The position numbers were made by a program, and so were the translations under genes. The notes beneath the pieces were generated by a model. That model saw only the letters and a program-made list of their open reading frames with translations. It was not told the DNA's origin and made no database searches. Source: an uncultured Alphaproteobacteria bacterium (lineage in GTDB: Bacteria > Pseudomonadota > Alphaproteobacteria > Rhizobiales > Xanthobacteraceae). From it: a stretch of DNA of 64,000 bases. The stretch covers positions 155,590-219,589 of the forward strand of contig CAWJJV010000024.1 of NCBI GenBank assembly GCA_963843235.1, given 5' to 3'. Positions 31,528-42,587 of the stretch are shown piece by piece (the stretch's first letter is position 1; every line of letters starts with the position of its first letter).

Positions 31528-32487
31528 ATGCGCCGGATCCTGCTTTCGACCCTGAAGATCGTGATCTCTGCGGCGCTGCTTTACCTGGCGCTGCGCAAGG
31601 TCAACCTCGCCAACCTCGCGTCGCGCATCGATGTTGCGAGCCTGGGCTGGATCGGTCTTGCGATCGCCGTGACCTTCTTCCAGATCTTCATCGGCGCGTG
31701 GCGATGGCGCGAGATCAGCGCGGAATGCGGCGCGCCCCTGACGATACAGCAGGCGACGCGCTTCAACGTGATCGGAACCTTCTTCAACCAGACGCTACCG
31801 TCCTCGATCGGCGGCGACGCCGTGCGGCTCTGGCTGGTCGCGCGCGGCGGCGCGGGGTGGCGCGCGGCGACCTATTCCATTTTCGTCGATCGCGCCATCG
31901 GCCTGATCGCACTGGCGATCGTCATCGTTGCGAGCCTGCCGTGGAGCTATAGCCTGATCCGCGATCCCGCCGGCCGCTCGGCGCTGCTGCTGGTCGATTT
32001 CGCCGCGCTTGCGAGCGGGCTCGGGTTTCTCGTTCTTGGCCGATTGCCGTGGCCCTGGCTGAAACGCTGGTGGGGCACGCATCATCTCTATGCCTGCTCG
32101 GCGATCGCCAACCGGGTGATTTTCAGCCGGAAGCGCGGACCGACCATCGCGGTCCTGTCGCTGCTTGTTCATGTGCTCGCCGTCGTCATCGCCTGGTGCG
32201 TGGTGCGATCGATCGCGGCACCGGTGACGTTCGGCCAGACCTTCCAACTGATTCCGCCGGTGATGCTGATCACCATGCTGCCGATCTCGATTGCCGGCTG
32301 GGGCGTGCGCGAGGCCACGATGGGGCTGGCGTTCGGATATGCCGGACTGATGGCGAATGAGGGCGTGAACGTCTCGTTGCTGTTCGGCGCGGTATCCTTC
32401 ATCGTCGGCGCCGTCGGCGGACTGGTGTGGGTTTTCAGCGCCGAGAAGGCGGCACAGGGCGCGGTGCCGATCCAGGTTCCCGAATAA
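31528..32487 (+). CDS. Lysylphosphatidylglycerol-synthase TM / UPF0104 flippase-like membrane protein
   Basis: FFNQTLPSSIGGDAVR, DRAIG, PISIAGWGVRE. Confidence 0.85.
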   Translation: MRRILLSTLKIVISAALLYLALRKVNLANLASRIDVASLGWIGLAIAVTFFQIFIGAWRWREISAECGAPLTIQQATRFNVIGTFFNQTLPSSIGGDAVRLWLVARGGAGWRAATYSIFVDRAIGLIALAIVIVASLPWSYSLIRDPAGRSALLLVDFAALASGLGFLVLGRLPWPWLKRWWGTHHLYACSAIANRVIFSRKRGPTIAVLSLLVHVLAVVIAWCVVRSIAAPVTFGQTFQLIPPVMLITMLPISIAGWGVREATMGLAFGYAGLMANEGVNVSLLFGAVSFIVGAVGGLVWVFSAEKAAQGAVPIQVPE

Positions 32488-32504
32488 CGGCCACATTGCA
32501 CAGA

Positions 32505-33512
32505 ATGACCATTTCCGAATTGCTTCTTGCGCTCGTCGCTGCTGCGGCGCTTTCGGCCGCCATGACCTGGCTGGTTCGGCCCCTGCTGTTGCGGCACGCG
32601 CTCGCCAAGCCCAATGCACGCTCTTCGCATCGCATTCCCACGCCGCAGGGGGCGGGCATCGCCGTGATCGCCGCAACGCTCCTGGTCGCCGGAGCCATCA
32701 TGGTCTGCGGCGGCGCATCGGATATGAAAATCCCCGTCGCGGCCTTCACGGCGACGCTTTTCATTGCCGTCGTCGGCTTCGCCGATGACGTCAAATCCAT
32801 CGAAGTGCTGCCGCGGCTGGTGCTGCAGGCCGTGGCCGTCGGCGCCATCATCTTCACCTCGTCAAGCGACCTGCGGATCGTTCCGGCCTGCCCGCTCTGG
32901 ATCGAGCGCGGCATGCTCCTGCTTGCCGGCCTTTGGTTCGTGAATCTCGTCAACTTCATGGACGGCCTTGACTGGATGACCGTCGCCGAAGTGGTTCCCA
33001 TCACCGGCGCCATGGTGATCCTCGGCTGGCTAAGCGAATTGCCCGCCCCGGCCACCCTTGCGGCGGCGGCACTGTGCGGCGCCATGCTCGGTTTCGCGCC
33101 GTTCAACCGTCCGGTGGCGAAGGTCTTTCTCGGCGACGTCGGAAGCCTGCCGATCGGCTTGCTGCTGGGCTGGTGTCTGTTGCAGCTTGCCTATCACCAG
33201 CAATTCGCCGCCGCTTTGCTGCTGCCGCTCTATTATCTGTTCGACGCCACCGCGACCTTGTTGCGCCGGCTGGCAAGGCGCGAGCCGTTCTGGGCGGCGC
33301 ATCGCTCGCATTTTTATCAGCGCGCCACCGATAATGGTTTCACGGTATGGCGCGTGGTGGGCGAAGTGTTCGCACTCAACGTCGTTCTGGCGGCGCTGGC
33401 GATCGGATCGATCGCGGCGCGGTCGGCGGTGATCGGAGGCTTGCTGCTGGCCGCGGGGGCCGCCTCGACGGCGCTCGTGATGTACAGGTTCTCGCAGCCG
33501 CGCGCGTCGTAA
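32505..33512 (+). CDS. MraY/WecA-family polyprenyl-phosphate sugar-1-phosphate transferase
   Basis: PNARSSHRIPTPQGAG, GFADD, NFMDGLD, FLGDVGS, HRSHFYQ. Confidence 0.9.
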   Translation: MTISELLLALVAAAALSAAMTWLVRPLLLRHALAKPNARSSHRIPTPQGAGIAVIAATLLVAGAIMVCGGASDMKIPVAAFTATLFIAVVGFADDVKSIEVLPRLVLQAVAVGAIIFTSSSDLRIVPACPLWIERGMLLLAGLWFVNLVNFMDGLDWMTVAEVVPITGAMVILGWLSELPAPATLAAAALCGAMLGFAPFNRPVAKVFLGDVGSLPIGLLLGWCLLQLAYHQQFAAALLLPLYYLFDATATLLRRLARREPFWAAHRSHFYQRATDNGFTVWRVVGEVFALNVVLAALAIGSIAARSAVIGGLLLAAGAASTALVMYRFSQPRAS

Positions 33513-33520
33513 GCGTTGCT

Positions 33521-34738
33521 CTAGCTGTCCCGCAACAATTTCCGCATCAGCCCGGCATATCCCGCCATCGCGTCGGCGAAATTGAAATGCCGCGCGGCCA
33601 TCACCGCGCGCTCGCCGATCGATGAGCTCTCGGATGAAGCCGCAAGACGGATCGCGCGGGCCAGTTCCCCGGCATTGCCCGGCTCCACCACCTGGCCAAG
33701 GCCATGCTCGGTCACGGTCAGCGCCGCCTCGGCGTTGCCCTCGGAAACCAGAATGACCGGCCGGCCAATGGCGAGCAGATTGTAGAACCGGCTGGGGACC
33801 GACACGCCGGCCAAATCCTTGCGGTAGGGAATCAGCCAGACATCCGCGGCGGAAAGGAACGCTTCGAGGTCTTGCTCGGGAACGCGCGCGACCAGCGTCA
33901 CGTTCGGAAGATTTGCGGCCGACTGCATTTCCTTGAGACGCTCGAAGCCGATGCCCCAGCCCGAGAGCAGGAAGTGAATATCGGGATCGTCGCGCAGCAA
34001 TCGCGCCGCTTCAAACACGATAACCGGGTCGTGGGTAAAACCAAGATTGCCGGAAAGACCGACCAGGAAGCGCGCCGTCTGCGAACGGCGATACGGGTTA
34101 TCGGATGTGATCGGGCGTACGCCCGGAACCAGCGTCGCCCAATTCGGGATGAAGCAGATCTTGTCGCGCGTCAGCCCCTTGTAGCGCAGCAGCAGCGGTT
34201 CGGTATCGCGCCCGATGATGACGACGGCGTTGAGCGCCCGGAACATCAGCGCGTTGGCGCCGCGGATCGCTTTCGCAACCAGCGACGACGGCTTGAGCAA
34301 CCCGGCCATCACCAGGACGTCGGGAAAAAGATCGTGCATGATCAGGGCCGAACGGGCGCGCTTCAATCGGGCGGCGGCGGCAACCGCGTAGGGCAACATG
34401 AAAGGCGCGGTCACGGTGAGCACCGCATCGCCCGCGCGCAACCGTGACAGCAGCGCCACAAATACGCGGATCGTGAAAAAGATCTCCGCGATCGCGCGCC
34501 TGATCAGCGCGGCCTTGGCCGGCAGTCGGTTTTTGACTTCGACGACGACCGGCTCACGCGGCTTGATCGCCTCGGGGGTGGCGGAGCCGGGCGTCCCCGA
34601 AACCACCACGACCGGCGCCTCCGATGTGAGGTGGCTCGCGATCGCCGCCATGATGGCCGCAGTGGTGCTGTGATCCGGCGGATAATGCTGGCTGACGACG
34701 ACGATTTTTGCGGTCTGCTGCATCGATGCTTTCGGCAT
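33521..34738 (-). CDS. GT4 glycosyltransferase (WcaI-like)
   Basis: VVSQHYPPD, MHDLFPD, SGNLGFTHD, VSVPSRFY. Confidence 0.85.
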   Translation of the reverse strand: MPKASMQQTAKIVVVSQHYPPDHSTTAAIMAAIASHLTSEAPVVVVSGTPGSATPEAIKPREPVVVEVKNRLPAKAALIRRAIAEIFFTIRVFVALLSRLRAGDAVLTVTAPFMLPYAVAAAARLKRARSALIMHDLFPDVLVMAGLLKPSSLVAKAIRGANALMFRALNAVVIIGRDTEPLLLRYKGLTRDKICFIPNWATLVPGVRPITSDNPYRRSQTARFLVGLSGNLGFTHDPVIVFEAARLLRDDPDIHFLLSGWGIGFERLKEMQSAANLPNVTLVARVPEQDLEAFLSAADVWLIPYRKDLAGVSVPSRFYNLLAIGRPVILVSEGNAEAALTVTEHGLGQVVEPGNAGELARAIRLAASSESSSIGERAVMAARHFNFADAMAGYAGLMRKLLRDS

Positions 34739-34749
34739 GGCCGCGTGGA

Positions 34750-36661
34750 TCACGCGGCCGTCGAACCGAATTCGGGAACCGCGTCCTTCAGGATGGCCCT
34801 GATGGTCACCCGATCGTCGTTCGCAATCGCCTGCTCGAGCGTTGCGATCCACTTGCGCAGCGCCAGCATCGGCGGCTCGTTGGGCTTGGCCGCCATGATG
34901 CCCGCGACGCCGATCTCGACCGCCGGCTCCTCACTGGCAAACAGGATTTCGTTCAGGCGCTCGCCCGGCCGCATGCCGGTGAACACGATCTCGATATCAT
35001 GGCCGGGCTCAAGACCCGACAGCCGGATCATTCGTTCCGCCAGATCGACGATCTTGACCGGATGTCCCATGTTGAGCACGTAGACCGAAACGTCCGCGCG
35101 CGCCGGCGTCATGGCATGGGTCGCGGCCGTCAGCACCAGATCGCAGGCTTCCCGGATCGTCATGAAGTACCTGACCATGTCGGGATGCGTCACCGTCACC
35201 GGTCCGCCCGCCTCGATCTGCGCCTTGAACTTCGGCACCACCGAGCCGTTCGACGCCAGCACGTTGCCGAATCTCACGGAGATAATCCGCATCCGCGGCC
35301 CGTTACCCGACTGATCGGCCAGGTCGTGATCGAGCGCCTGGCAATACATCTCGGCAAATCGCTTGGTCAGCCCGAGCATCGAGACCGGTTCGATCGCCTT
35401 GTCGGTCGAGATCATGACCATCGCCTTGGCGCCGGCGGCCAGCGCCGCATCGGCGACGTTCACCGATCCGAAAATGTTGGTCTTGACGCCCTCGCTCCAG
35501 TCGCGTTCGAGGATCGGCACGTGCTTGAGCGCGGCGGCATGGAACACGATGTCCGGCTTGAACTCGCCCATCAGCCGCAGGATCCGCTCGCGGTCGCGGA
35601 TATCGGCGATACGGCCCTCGATCACGGCGCTGGTCTCGCGCGCCGCCAGAGCTTTCCATCACGGCATAGAGCGCCGGCTCGGAATTTTCGATCACCAGCA
35701 ACCGCGCGGCGCCGAAGGTCGCGACACGGTCGCAGATCTCCGATCCGATCGAACCGCCGCCGCCGGTGACGATGACCGCCTTGCCGCTGACCAGCGCTTC
35801 GAGACGCGCGTAGTCGATCTCGACGCTGGATCGCAGCAACAGGTCCTCGACCGCGACCGTCGTCAACCGCGGCGTATCCCCGCTCTCCAGCGACGGCAGC
35901 CGGCTGACGATCAGCCCGAGCCGGCGCGCCCGCATCAGGACGGCCTCGGGATGCGCCTCCGGATCGAACGCCGAGGGCGTCATCACCACGCGCGTGATCG
36001 GCTTTTCGCGCCGGGCGAAATCGCGAATCACGTCCTCGATGTCGTCGATGCCGCCGAGCACCGGAATGTTGCGGATCGACTGGCCGCGGTCGGCCATCGA
36101 CGGCGACAACACGCCGACCGGCCACAGCCGGGTGACGGCGCCGCTCTCGATCCCGCGCAACAGGATCTCGGCATCGGCGGCACGGCCGATCAGCAGCGCC
36201 GGCGAGGCGCCGTCGGTGCGGGCATGACGGCGGACGCGGGTGTAGCGAAAATAACGGTAGGCAAAGCGCAACGCGCTCAGGAAGAACACCTCGAGGAACC
36301 AGTAGAGGACGATGGTGACCTTGCCGACGAAAAACGTGCCGTGAACGTTGGGCGCGACGAAAATGTAGTCCAGCACCAGCAGCGCGAGCGCCAGCACCGT
36401 GGCGGCACGCAGGATGTTCAACGCGTCCGGCAGCGAAATGAAGCGCCATTTCGTGGTGGTCAGGTTGAAGACGTAGCAGACCACCACGCTGAAGACGACG
36501 AAATAGGGCAGGATGCGCAGCAGCAGTGGCACGCGGTCGAAGAAAAGCTCGCCACCGTCGAAACGCAGATAGAAGCTGACGAACAGCGCGATCGCCGTCG
36601 CCAGGGCGTCATGCGCGGCGATCAACGCGTTGCGCGAGGTCAGGTTTGAAAGACGCATCAT
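34750..36661 (-). CDS. CapD/WbpM-type nucleotide-sugar 4,6-dehydratase with N-terminal TM region; frameshift near 35648
   Basis: VTGGGGSIGSEI, HAAALKHVP, ISTDKAIEP, RFGNVLASNGSVVP, RPGERLNE. Confidence 0.9.
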
Positions 36662-38000
36662 TTCGCTGACCGGGGACAAACGATATCGGGGCTACAGGCT
36701 GCTGATAGCTCATCTGCCCGCATGCATGCCAGCCGTCATGACCTGCCGGAATTCGCCTGTTCCGGCGCCGCCGCGCCGCGCCGCCCGCCTTCAACAGCAT
36801 CCCTCCGGCGACGCCGACGCCGAGGACATACATCCAGCCTTCGTGAAAATCGAAGATGTGCGAATTGAACAGCGAGGTGAACATGTTTTGCACCACGACC
36901 ATCAATCCGATCCACGCCACCAGACCCTCGCCGCGGAACAGCAGCAGGTGGACCAGCCACATCGCATAAAGCACGACGATCCCGACCGTGCCCCACTGCA
37001 CCGCCACGTTGAGCGTCTGGTTATGCGGGTTACCGATCACGCCTGCGGCGGCGCCGGTCTGACCGACGGCGGCCTGCTCGAACAGTCCGCGGGTCGAGCC
37101 GGTGCCGTGCCCGACGACCGGCGCCTCGGCGAAGAACCGCAGCGATTTTCGCCAGAATTCGAGCCGCAGTCCCATCGAGGTCGGAATGTTCTGCTCCTTG
37201 TACAATCGATAATCCCGCGAGAACGACCCGATCGTCTGGCGCAATTGCGGCGATGCCACCCAGGCCAATCCCGCCAGTACCGTCATCGCGCACGCGATGA
37301 TCACGATACTGCGCCATTTCAGGTGCAGCAGCGCGAACACCGCCAGCATGATCGGCATGGTGACCAGCGCAGTCCGCGACACGATGACGAACGCCATGTT
37401 GACGGCGAAGCCCAACGCCAGCGCACCCAGCAACACTGCCGGCCAGATCCTTCCGGCGCGCAGCAGCATGATGATCGGAAAAGCCAGCGCCACCGCGCAC
37501 AGCACAAATTCCTGGCTTTGGTCGATGTAGTTCTTGACGAAAATGCCGGGCTCCATCTTGGCTTCCAGCGGCGGCTTAAGCGACAGGCCGGGATGGAACG
37601 CGACGACCCACGACATCACCATCAGCAGGCTGCAGGAGATCAGAAACGCCGTGAACACCCACATGCCGCGCGACGAACGTTGGAAGTGATAGAACAGGAT
37701 CGGCAGCACCAGCAGCTTCGCGGTCGGGCTGATGGCATAAAGGCGCGCGCCCCACGGCGCGTCCGACCACAGCGTTCCGACCACCGCCAGCGCAAACAGC
37801 GCGACCGGAAGCGCGCAGATCGGGCGCTTGAGCAACGCCACGAAAGCCCTGACATCGATCGTCGGGACCACGCAGATCACCCAGACGACCGAGAAGATCC
37901 CGACCAGCGACGTCGACCACGGCAGCGCCAGCGCGATCAGAACCGCCGATATATCCGCCGCCCTGGTCCAGGCCTGCGGGTCGCGCCAGGCCAGCGTCAC
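36609..38000 (-). CDS. O-antigen ligase family protein (true stop possibly 36736)
   Basis: Multi-TM; VSRTAL, GLRLEFW, GHGTGS, PHNQ. The tail overlaps the capD-like start; an alternative frame ends at 36736. Confidence 0.8.
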   Translation of the reverse strand: MTLAWRDPQAWTRAADISAVLIALALPWSTSLVGIFSVVWVICVVPTIDVRAFVALLKRPICALPVALFALAVVGTLWSDAPWGARLYAISPTAKLLVLPILFYHFQRSSRGMWVFTAFLISCSLLMVMSWVVAFHPGLSLKPPLEAKMEPGIFVKNYIDQSQEFVLCAVALAFPIIMLLRAGRIWPAVLLGALALGFAVNMAFVIVSRTALVTMPIMLAVFALLHLKWRSIVIIACAMTVLAGLAWVASPQLRQTIGSFSRDYRLYKEQNIPTSMGLRLEFWRKSLRFFAEAPVVGHGTGSTRGLFEQAAVGQTGAAAGVIGNPHNQTLNVAVQWGTVGIVVLYAMWLVHLLLFRGEGLVAWIGLMVVVQNMFTSLFNSHIFDFHEGWMYVLGVGVAGGMLLKAGGAARRRRNRRIPAGHDGWHACGQMSYQQPVAPISFVPGQRNDASFKPDLAQRVDRRA

Positions 38001-38033
38001 CCGGCCGAGCGACGACGATGCCGCGCTGCCGGT

Positions 38034-39506
38034 TCACACCCGGCCTCCGCGGGCGCGATCGACCAGCGACGTCGTGCTGAAGCCGGGCAGGATGTCGACC
38101 AGCCGCACTTCGCCGCCATGGGCCTCGACGACCTCGTGGCCGACCACCTGTTCGCGGGTGTAGTCGGCGCCCTTCACCAGCACGTTCGGCCTGATCTGCG
38201 TGATCAGATCGATCGGCGTGTCCTCCTCGAACAGCACGACGAGATCGACCGCCTCCAGCGCCGCCAGCACTTCGGCGCGCGCGCGCTCGTCCTGGACCGG
38301 ACGGCTCTCGCCCTTGAGCCGCCGCACCGAGGCGTCGCTGTTGAGGCCGACGATCAGGCGGTCGCAGGCGCCGCGCGCCGCCGTCAGCAGCTTGACGTGG
38401 CCGGGATGCAGGATATCGAAGCAGCCGTTGGTGAAGCCGATCCGCAGGTCCTGCTTGCGCCATTCCTGCAGTTGAGCGTCGAGTTCGCGCGCATCCGCGA
38501 CGATTTTCTCCTCGGCCGCGAGAAACGCGTGCGGCAGAATCTTGCGGCGCAATTCGGCCGGCGTCACGACGGCGGCGCCCTTCTTGCTGACGGCGACCGC
38601 GGCGGCGGCGTTGGCCATCCGCAGCGCGGTCTCCCAGTCGGCCCCCGCCGCAAGCGTCACCGCCAGCACGGCGGCGACGGTGTCGCCGGCGCCCGAGACG
38701 TCGCGTACCTTGACCGGCAGGCCCGGCACATGAACGGCCTCGCCCTTGCGCGGCACCAGGGTCATGCCGTGTTCGCTTTGGGTCACCAGCACGGCCTCGC
38801 AATCCGCCAGCTGCATGATCTCCTGCGCCGCCTCGGCGATACCCTGTTCGGTATCGGCGCGGCTGCGGGTCGCCTCCGCGAATTCCCGGCGATTGGGCTT
38901 GAGCAGCGTGGCGCCGCGATAGATCGCGAGATTGGGGCTTTTGGGATCGACGATGACCGGCTTGCCGAGCTTGCGCGCGGCGTCGATGACGTTGCGGATC
39001 ACCCGCGCCGTCAGCACGCCCTTGGCGTAGTCGGACAGCAACACGATATCGGCGCGCGGCAACAGCGGCACGATGGCATCGATCAGTTTCTGCTCGATAT
39101 CGGCCGCGGCGGGCGTCGCCAGTTCCCAGTCCGCGCGCAGCATGTGGGTGGAGAAATGCTCGGACACGAAGCGCACCTTGCGCGTCGTCGGCCGGCTGGG
39201 ATCGCAGACCAGCACGCTTTCGATCAGGCTTTCCCGCGCCAGCGCGGCCTTCAGCCGGGCCCGGCGTCGTCCTCACCGATCAGTCCGACAAAGATGCAGC
39301 GCGCGCCGAGGGCGGCGATGTTGCGCGCGACGTTGCCGGCGCCGCCGATATCGGTCTCGCTGCGCTGCACCGCAATGCACCGGCGCGGGAGCTTCCGGCG
39401 AAATCCGCGACACCTCGCCATAGACGAATTCGTCGAGCATGAGGTCGCCGACGCAGAGCACGGTCTGGCGGGTGATCGCATGCGACAGGGTGTCAAAATC
39501 GAACAT
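38034..39506 (-). CDS. hldE: Bifunctional heptose-7-phosphate kinase / heptose-1-phosphate adenylyltransferase; frameshifts near 39260 and 39378
   Basis: [56 protein letters not shown]. Confidence 0.9.
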
Positions 39507-39530
39507 CTGGACTCGTTATCTGTTGCGCGG

Positions 39531-40511
39531 TCAGCGGAAACGATCGGCGGAATCGAGGAAACCTTTGACGTAGCTTTCGACCGCGGCTTCCAGCGCGGTG
39601 AAGCCGCCGTTATAGCCGGCGCGCTGCAGCCGATCGACCTCGCTCTGGGTGAAATACTGATAGCTGCCGCGGATCTGTTCGGGCATGTCGATATATTCGA
39701 TGTTGGCGCGCGCGCCGAGCGCGGCATAGGCCGCCAGCATCAAATCCCTGAAACTGCGCGCCTTGCCGGTGCCGACGTTGAACAGGCCGCTGACCGACGG
39801 GGTCGCGAGCAGCCACATCATCACCCGCATGACGTCGTCGACATAGATGAAATCGCGCCGCTGATCGCCGTCGGCGATGCCGTCGCGATGCGACTTGAAC
39901 AGTTGCACCACGCGGCCCGCCTTGACGTCGTCGAAGCGCCGCGTCAGCACGCTCATCATCGCGCCCTTGTGGTATTCATTGGGGCCGAACACGTTGAAGA
40001 ATTTCAAGCCCACCCATTGCGGCGGCAGCTTCTCGCCGCGCGCCACGCGCTCGGCAACCGCCATGTCGAACAGGTGCTTGCTCCAGCCGTATAAATTCAT
40101 CGGCCGCAGCGTCTTCAGCGCCGACAGCGACGGGTCGTCGCCAAAGCCCTGCGCGCCATCGCCATAGGTTGCCGCCGACGAGGCATAGATCAGCGGCGTG
40201 GCGTTGACCGTGCACCAGTCGAGCAGTCGCATCGACAGCCGGAAATTGGTCTCGATCACCAGATCGCCGTCGGTTGCGGTGGTCTCCGAAATGGCGCCGA
40301 GATGGATGACGGCGTCGAGCCGGCGGCCGTTCAGCCAGGCCGGCAATTCCGCCGGCGGCACGATATCGGCGAGCTGGCGCTTGGCGAGGTTGCGCCATTT
40401 GCCGTCGTGACCGAGCCAATCGCATACCGCCACGTCGGTGCGGCCCGCGTCATTCAACGCGGCCACGACGTTCGATCCGATAAAACCGGCGCCCCCGGTC
40501 ACCAGTAACAT
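39531..40511 (-). CDS. hldD: ADP-L-glycero-D-manno-heptose 6-epimerase
   Basis: [56 protein letters not shown]. Confidence 0.95.
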   Translation of the reverse strand: MLLVTGGAGFIGSNVVAALNDAGRTDVAVCDWLGHDGKWRNLAKRQLADIVPPAELPAWLNGRRLDAVIHLGAISETTATDGDLVIETNFRLSMRLLDWCTVNATPLIYASSAATYGDGAQGFGDDPSLSALKTLRPMNLYGWSKHLFDMAVAERVARGEKLPPQWVGLKFFNVFGPNEYHKGAMMSVLTRRFDDVKAGRVVQLFKSHRDGIADGDQRRDFIYVDDVMRVMMWLLATPSVSGLFNVGTGKARSFRDLMLAAYAALGARANIEYIDMPEQIRGSYQYFTQSEVDRLQRAGYNGGFTALEAAVESYVKGFLDSADRFR

Positions 40512-40682
40512 GAGAGGTCCCTGCCCTGATTGCGAAGGCCAGCTTTGCCCCAGTCCGGGCGGGCAGGCAATGTGTCCTCGGACCGTTGTGGAGATCAAAA
40601 CTCCGGGCTTGCCCGGCTTTACCTGTCTGCGATGAGCGTTTACCGAACGGGTAGATTTAACCCGCAGGCCAATCCATAAAAT

Positions 40683-41745
40683 ATGAATTCTGATTCACAA
40701 CATTACACGGCGCCGGTCGACCCGCACGATACCCGGCCGATTCTGATCGTGCCCTATATGTGGATCGGAGACTTTGTGCGCGGCCATACCGTGGTCCGGG
40801 TCCTGAAAGCGCGCTGGCCGAACCGGCCGATCGATCTCCTCGTCACCCCGCCACGGGCGCCGCTGGTCGATTATATGCCCGGCGTCCGCGCCGGGATCGT
40901 CTGGAACCTGCCGCGGAGCCGACTGGCGGTCGCCAGGCAATGGGCACTGGCAAGCCAGCTCCGGGCCAACAATTACGGCACCGCGCTGGTTCTGCCGCGC
41001 ACCTGGAAGTCGGCGATCGCGCCGGCGCTGGCCGGAATTCCGGAACGGGTCGGCTTTGTCGGCGAAGCCAGGTTCGGCCTGCTCAACCGCTGGCGCTGGG
41101 GCGAGAAGGCCCTGCCCCGCTTCATCGACAAGAACGCCGCGCTGGCGCTGCCGGACGGCGCGCCACTGCCGCCGGAATGGCCGGTGCCGCAGCTCGTCGT
41201 TCCCGCCGAGCAAACCGCGCGCTGGCGGCAAGCCAACGGGCTGGGCGCCGGTCGCGCGGTGGCGCTGGCCCCGGGTTCGGTCGGCGCGTCCAAGCGCTGG
41301 ACCTACTTATGCGGAAGCGGCGCGACGCCTCGCCGAACAGGGGCTGGAGGTCTGGGTGGTCGGCGGCCCCGACGAAAAGGCGCTGGCGGCGGAGATCGTT
41401 GCTGCCGGCGGTCCGCGCGTCCGCGACCTCACCGGCAACGATCTGCGCAACGGCATTCTGGCCGTCGCGGCGGCCGATGTCGCGATCTCGAACGATTCGG
41501 GCTTGATGCATATCGCGGCTGCGATCGGCACGCCGACCATCGGCATTTTCGGACCCACCAGCCCCTATCACTGGGCACCGCTCAACGGCCTCGCGGCGAC
41601 CATTCAGACCACGACCGTGGTGCCCTGCCAGCCGTGCCACCGCCCGGTCTGCACCATGAACGACCACCGCTGCATGCGCGACATCCCCGCCTCCGAGGTG
41701 GTCGCCGCGGCCACGCGCGTGCTGGCCGAGGCCAATTCGCACTGA
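40683..41745 (+). CDS. waaF: LPS heptosyltransferase II; frameshift near 41308
   Basis: PYMWIGDFV, WKSAIAP..AGIPERVG, APGSVGASKRW, SNDSGLMHIAAA, FGPT. Confidence 0.85.
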
Positions 41746-41775
41746 CACGCCACAGCAACAGGACTGCCACGCCAG

Positions 41776-42342
41776 ATGAGCGCCATCGAACCGGCCCGCG
41801 CCGCGCCCAAGCCCGAACTCAAGCCTGAACTGAAGCCCGCCGCGTTCCTCGACCGCGACGGCGTCGTCAACCACGACGACGGCCACCTCGGCTCATATGA
41901 CAAGATCAGATGGATGCCGAACGCCGCGAAGGCGATCCGTCGCCTGAACGACGCCGGATACCTGGTGTTCTTCTTCACCAATCAATCCGGCGTCGCGCAC
42001 GGTCACTTTACCGAAGACGATCTGCGCATCCTGCTCGAAAGAATGCGCGCCGAACTCGCAAGCCAGGGCGCACGGATCGACGACATCAGATATTGCCCGC
42101 ACCATCCCCAGGGAACAGTGGCCGGCTATCTCGAAGACCACCATTGGCGCAAGCCGAGCCCCGGCATGATCCACGACCTGATGAAACACTGGCCGGTGCG
42201 GCACGACGGCAGTTTTGTCATCGGCGACCGCGTCACCGATATCGAGGCCGCGCAAGCCGCTGATTTGCCGGGCTTCCTGTTTGCGGGCGGCGATCTCGAT
42301 GCGTTCGTTGCAGAGATCTTGGAGCAAACACGCGGCGCGTAA
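41776..42342 (+). CDS. gmhB: D,D-heptose 1,7-bisphosphate phosphatase (HAD)
   Basis: FLDRDGVVN, TNQSGVA, CPHHP, RKPSPGM, IGDRVTD. Confidence 0.85.
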   Translation: MSAIEPARAAPKPELKPELKPAAFLDRDGVVNHDDGHLGSYDKIRWMPNAAKAIRRLNDAGYLVFFFTNQSGVAHGHFTEDDLRILLERMRAELASQGARIDDIRYCPHHPQGTVAGYLEDHHWRKPSPGMIHDLMKHWPVRHDGSFVIGDRVTDIEAAQAADLPGFLFAGGDLDAFVAEILEQTRGA

Positions 42343-42402
42343 CTCCACGCAAGACAGAGCTATCACATATGACGCAATGAGCGAGGGCGACGAGCCTTCT
42401 TT

Positions 42403-42557
42403 ACCCTCCCCTTGAGGGGGAGGGTCGGCGCGTGTCGCGCGAACGCGCGACCGGGGTGGGGTGCACGGCGCGAAAGACGGCTGGAGACGCTGCGGATGGA
42501 CAATCACCCCACCCCGACCGCTGACGCGGTCGACCCTCCCCCTCAAGGGGAGGGTGA
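42403..42557. repeat. ACCCTCCCC...GGGGAGGGT double-hairpin intergenic element
   Basis: Two terminal hairpins accctcccc-ttga-ggggagggt and inner arms ggggtggggtg / caccccacccc. Confidence 0.8.
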
Positions 42558-42587
42558 CTAATCCATCATACGCGATAACCTCGCCGG

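Noticed and set aside
36630-40094. 1154-aa plus-strand ORF and similar long ORFs (11978..13627, 23841..25025, 57624..59327, 37576..39276)
   Set aside because: Antisense or alternate-frame shadows of well-supported genes in high-GC DNA; Arg/Ala/Gly-rich with no motifs.
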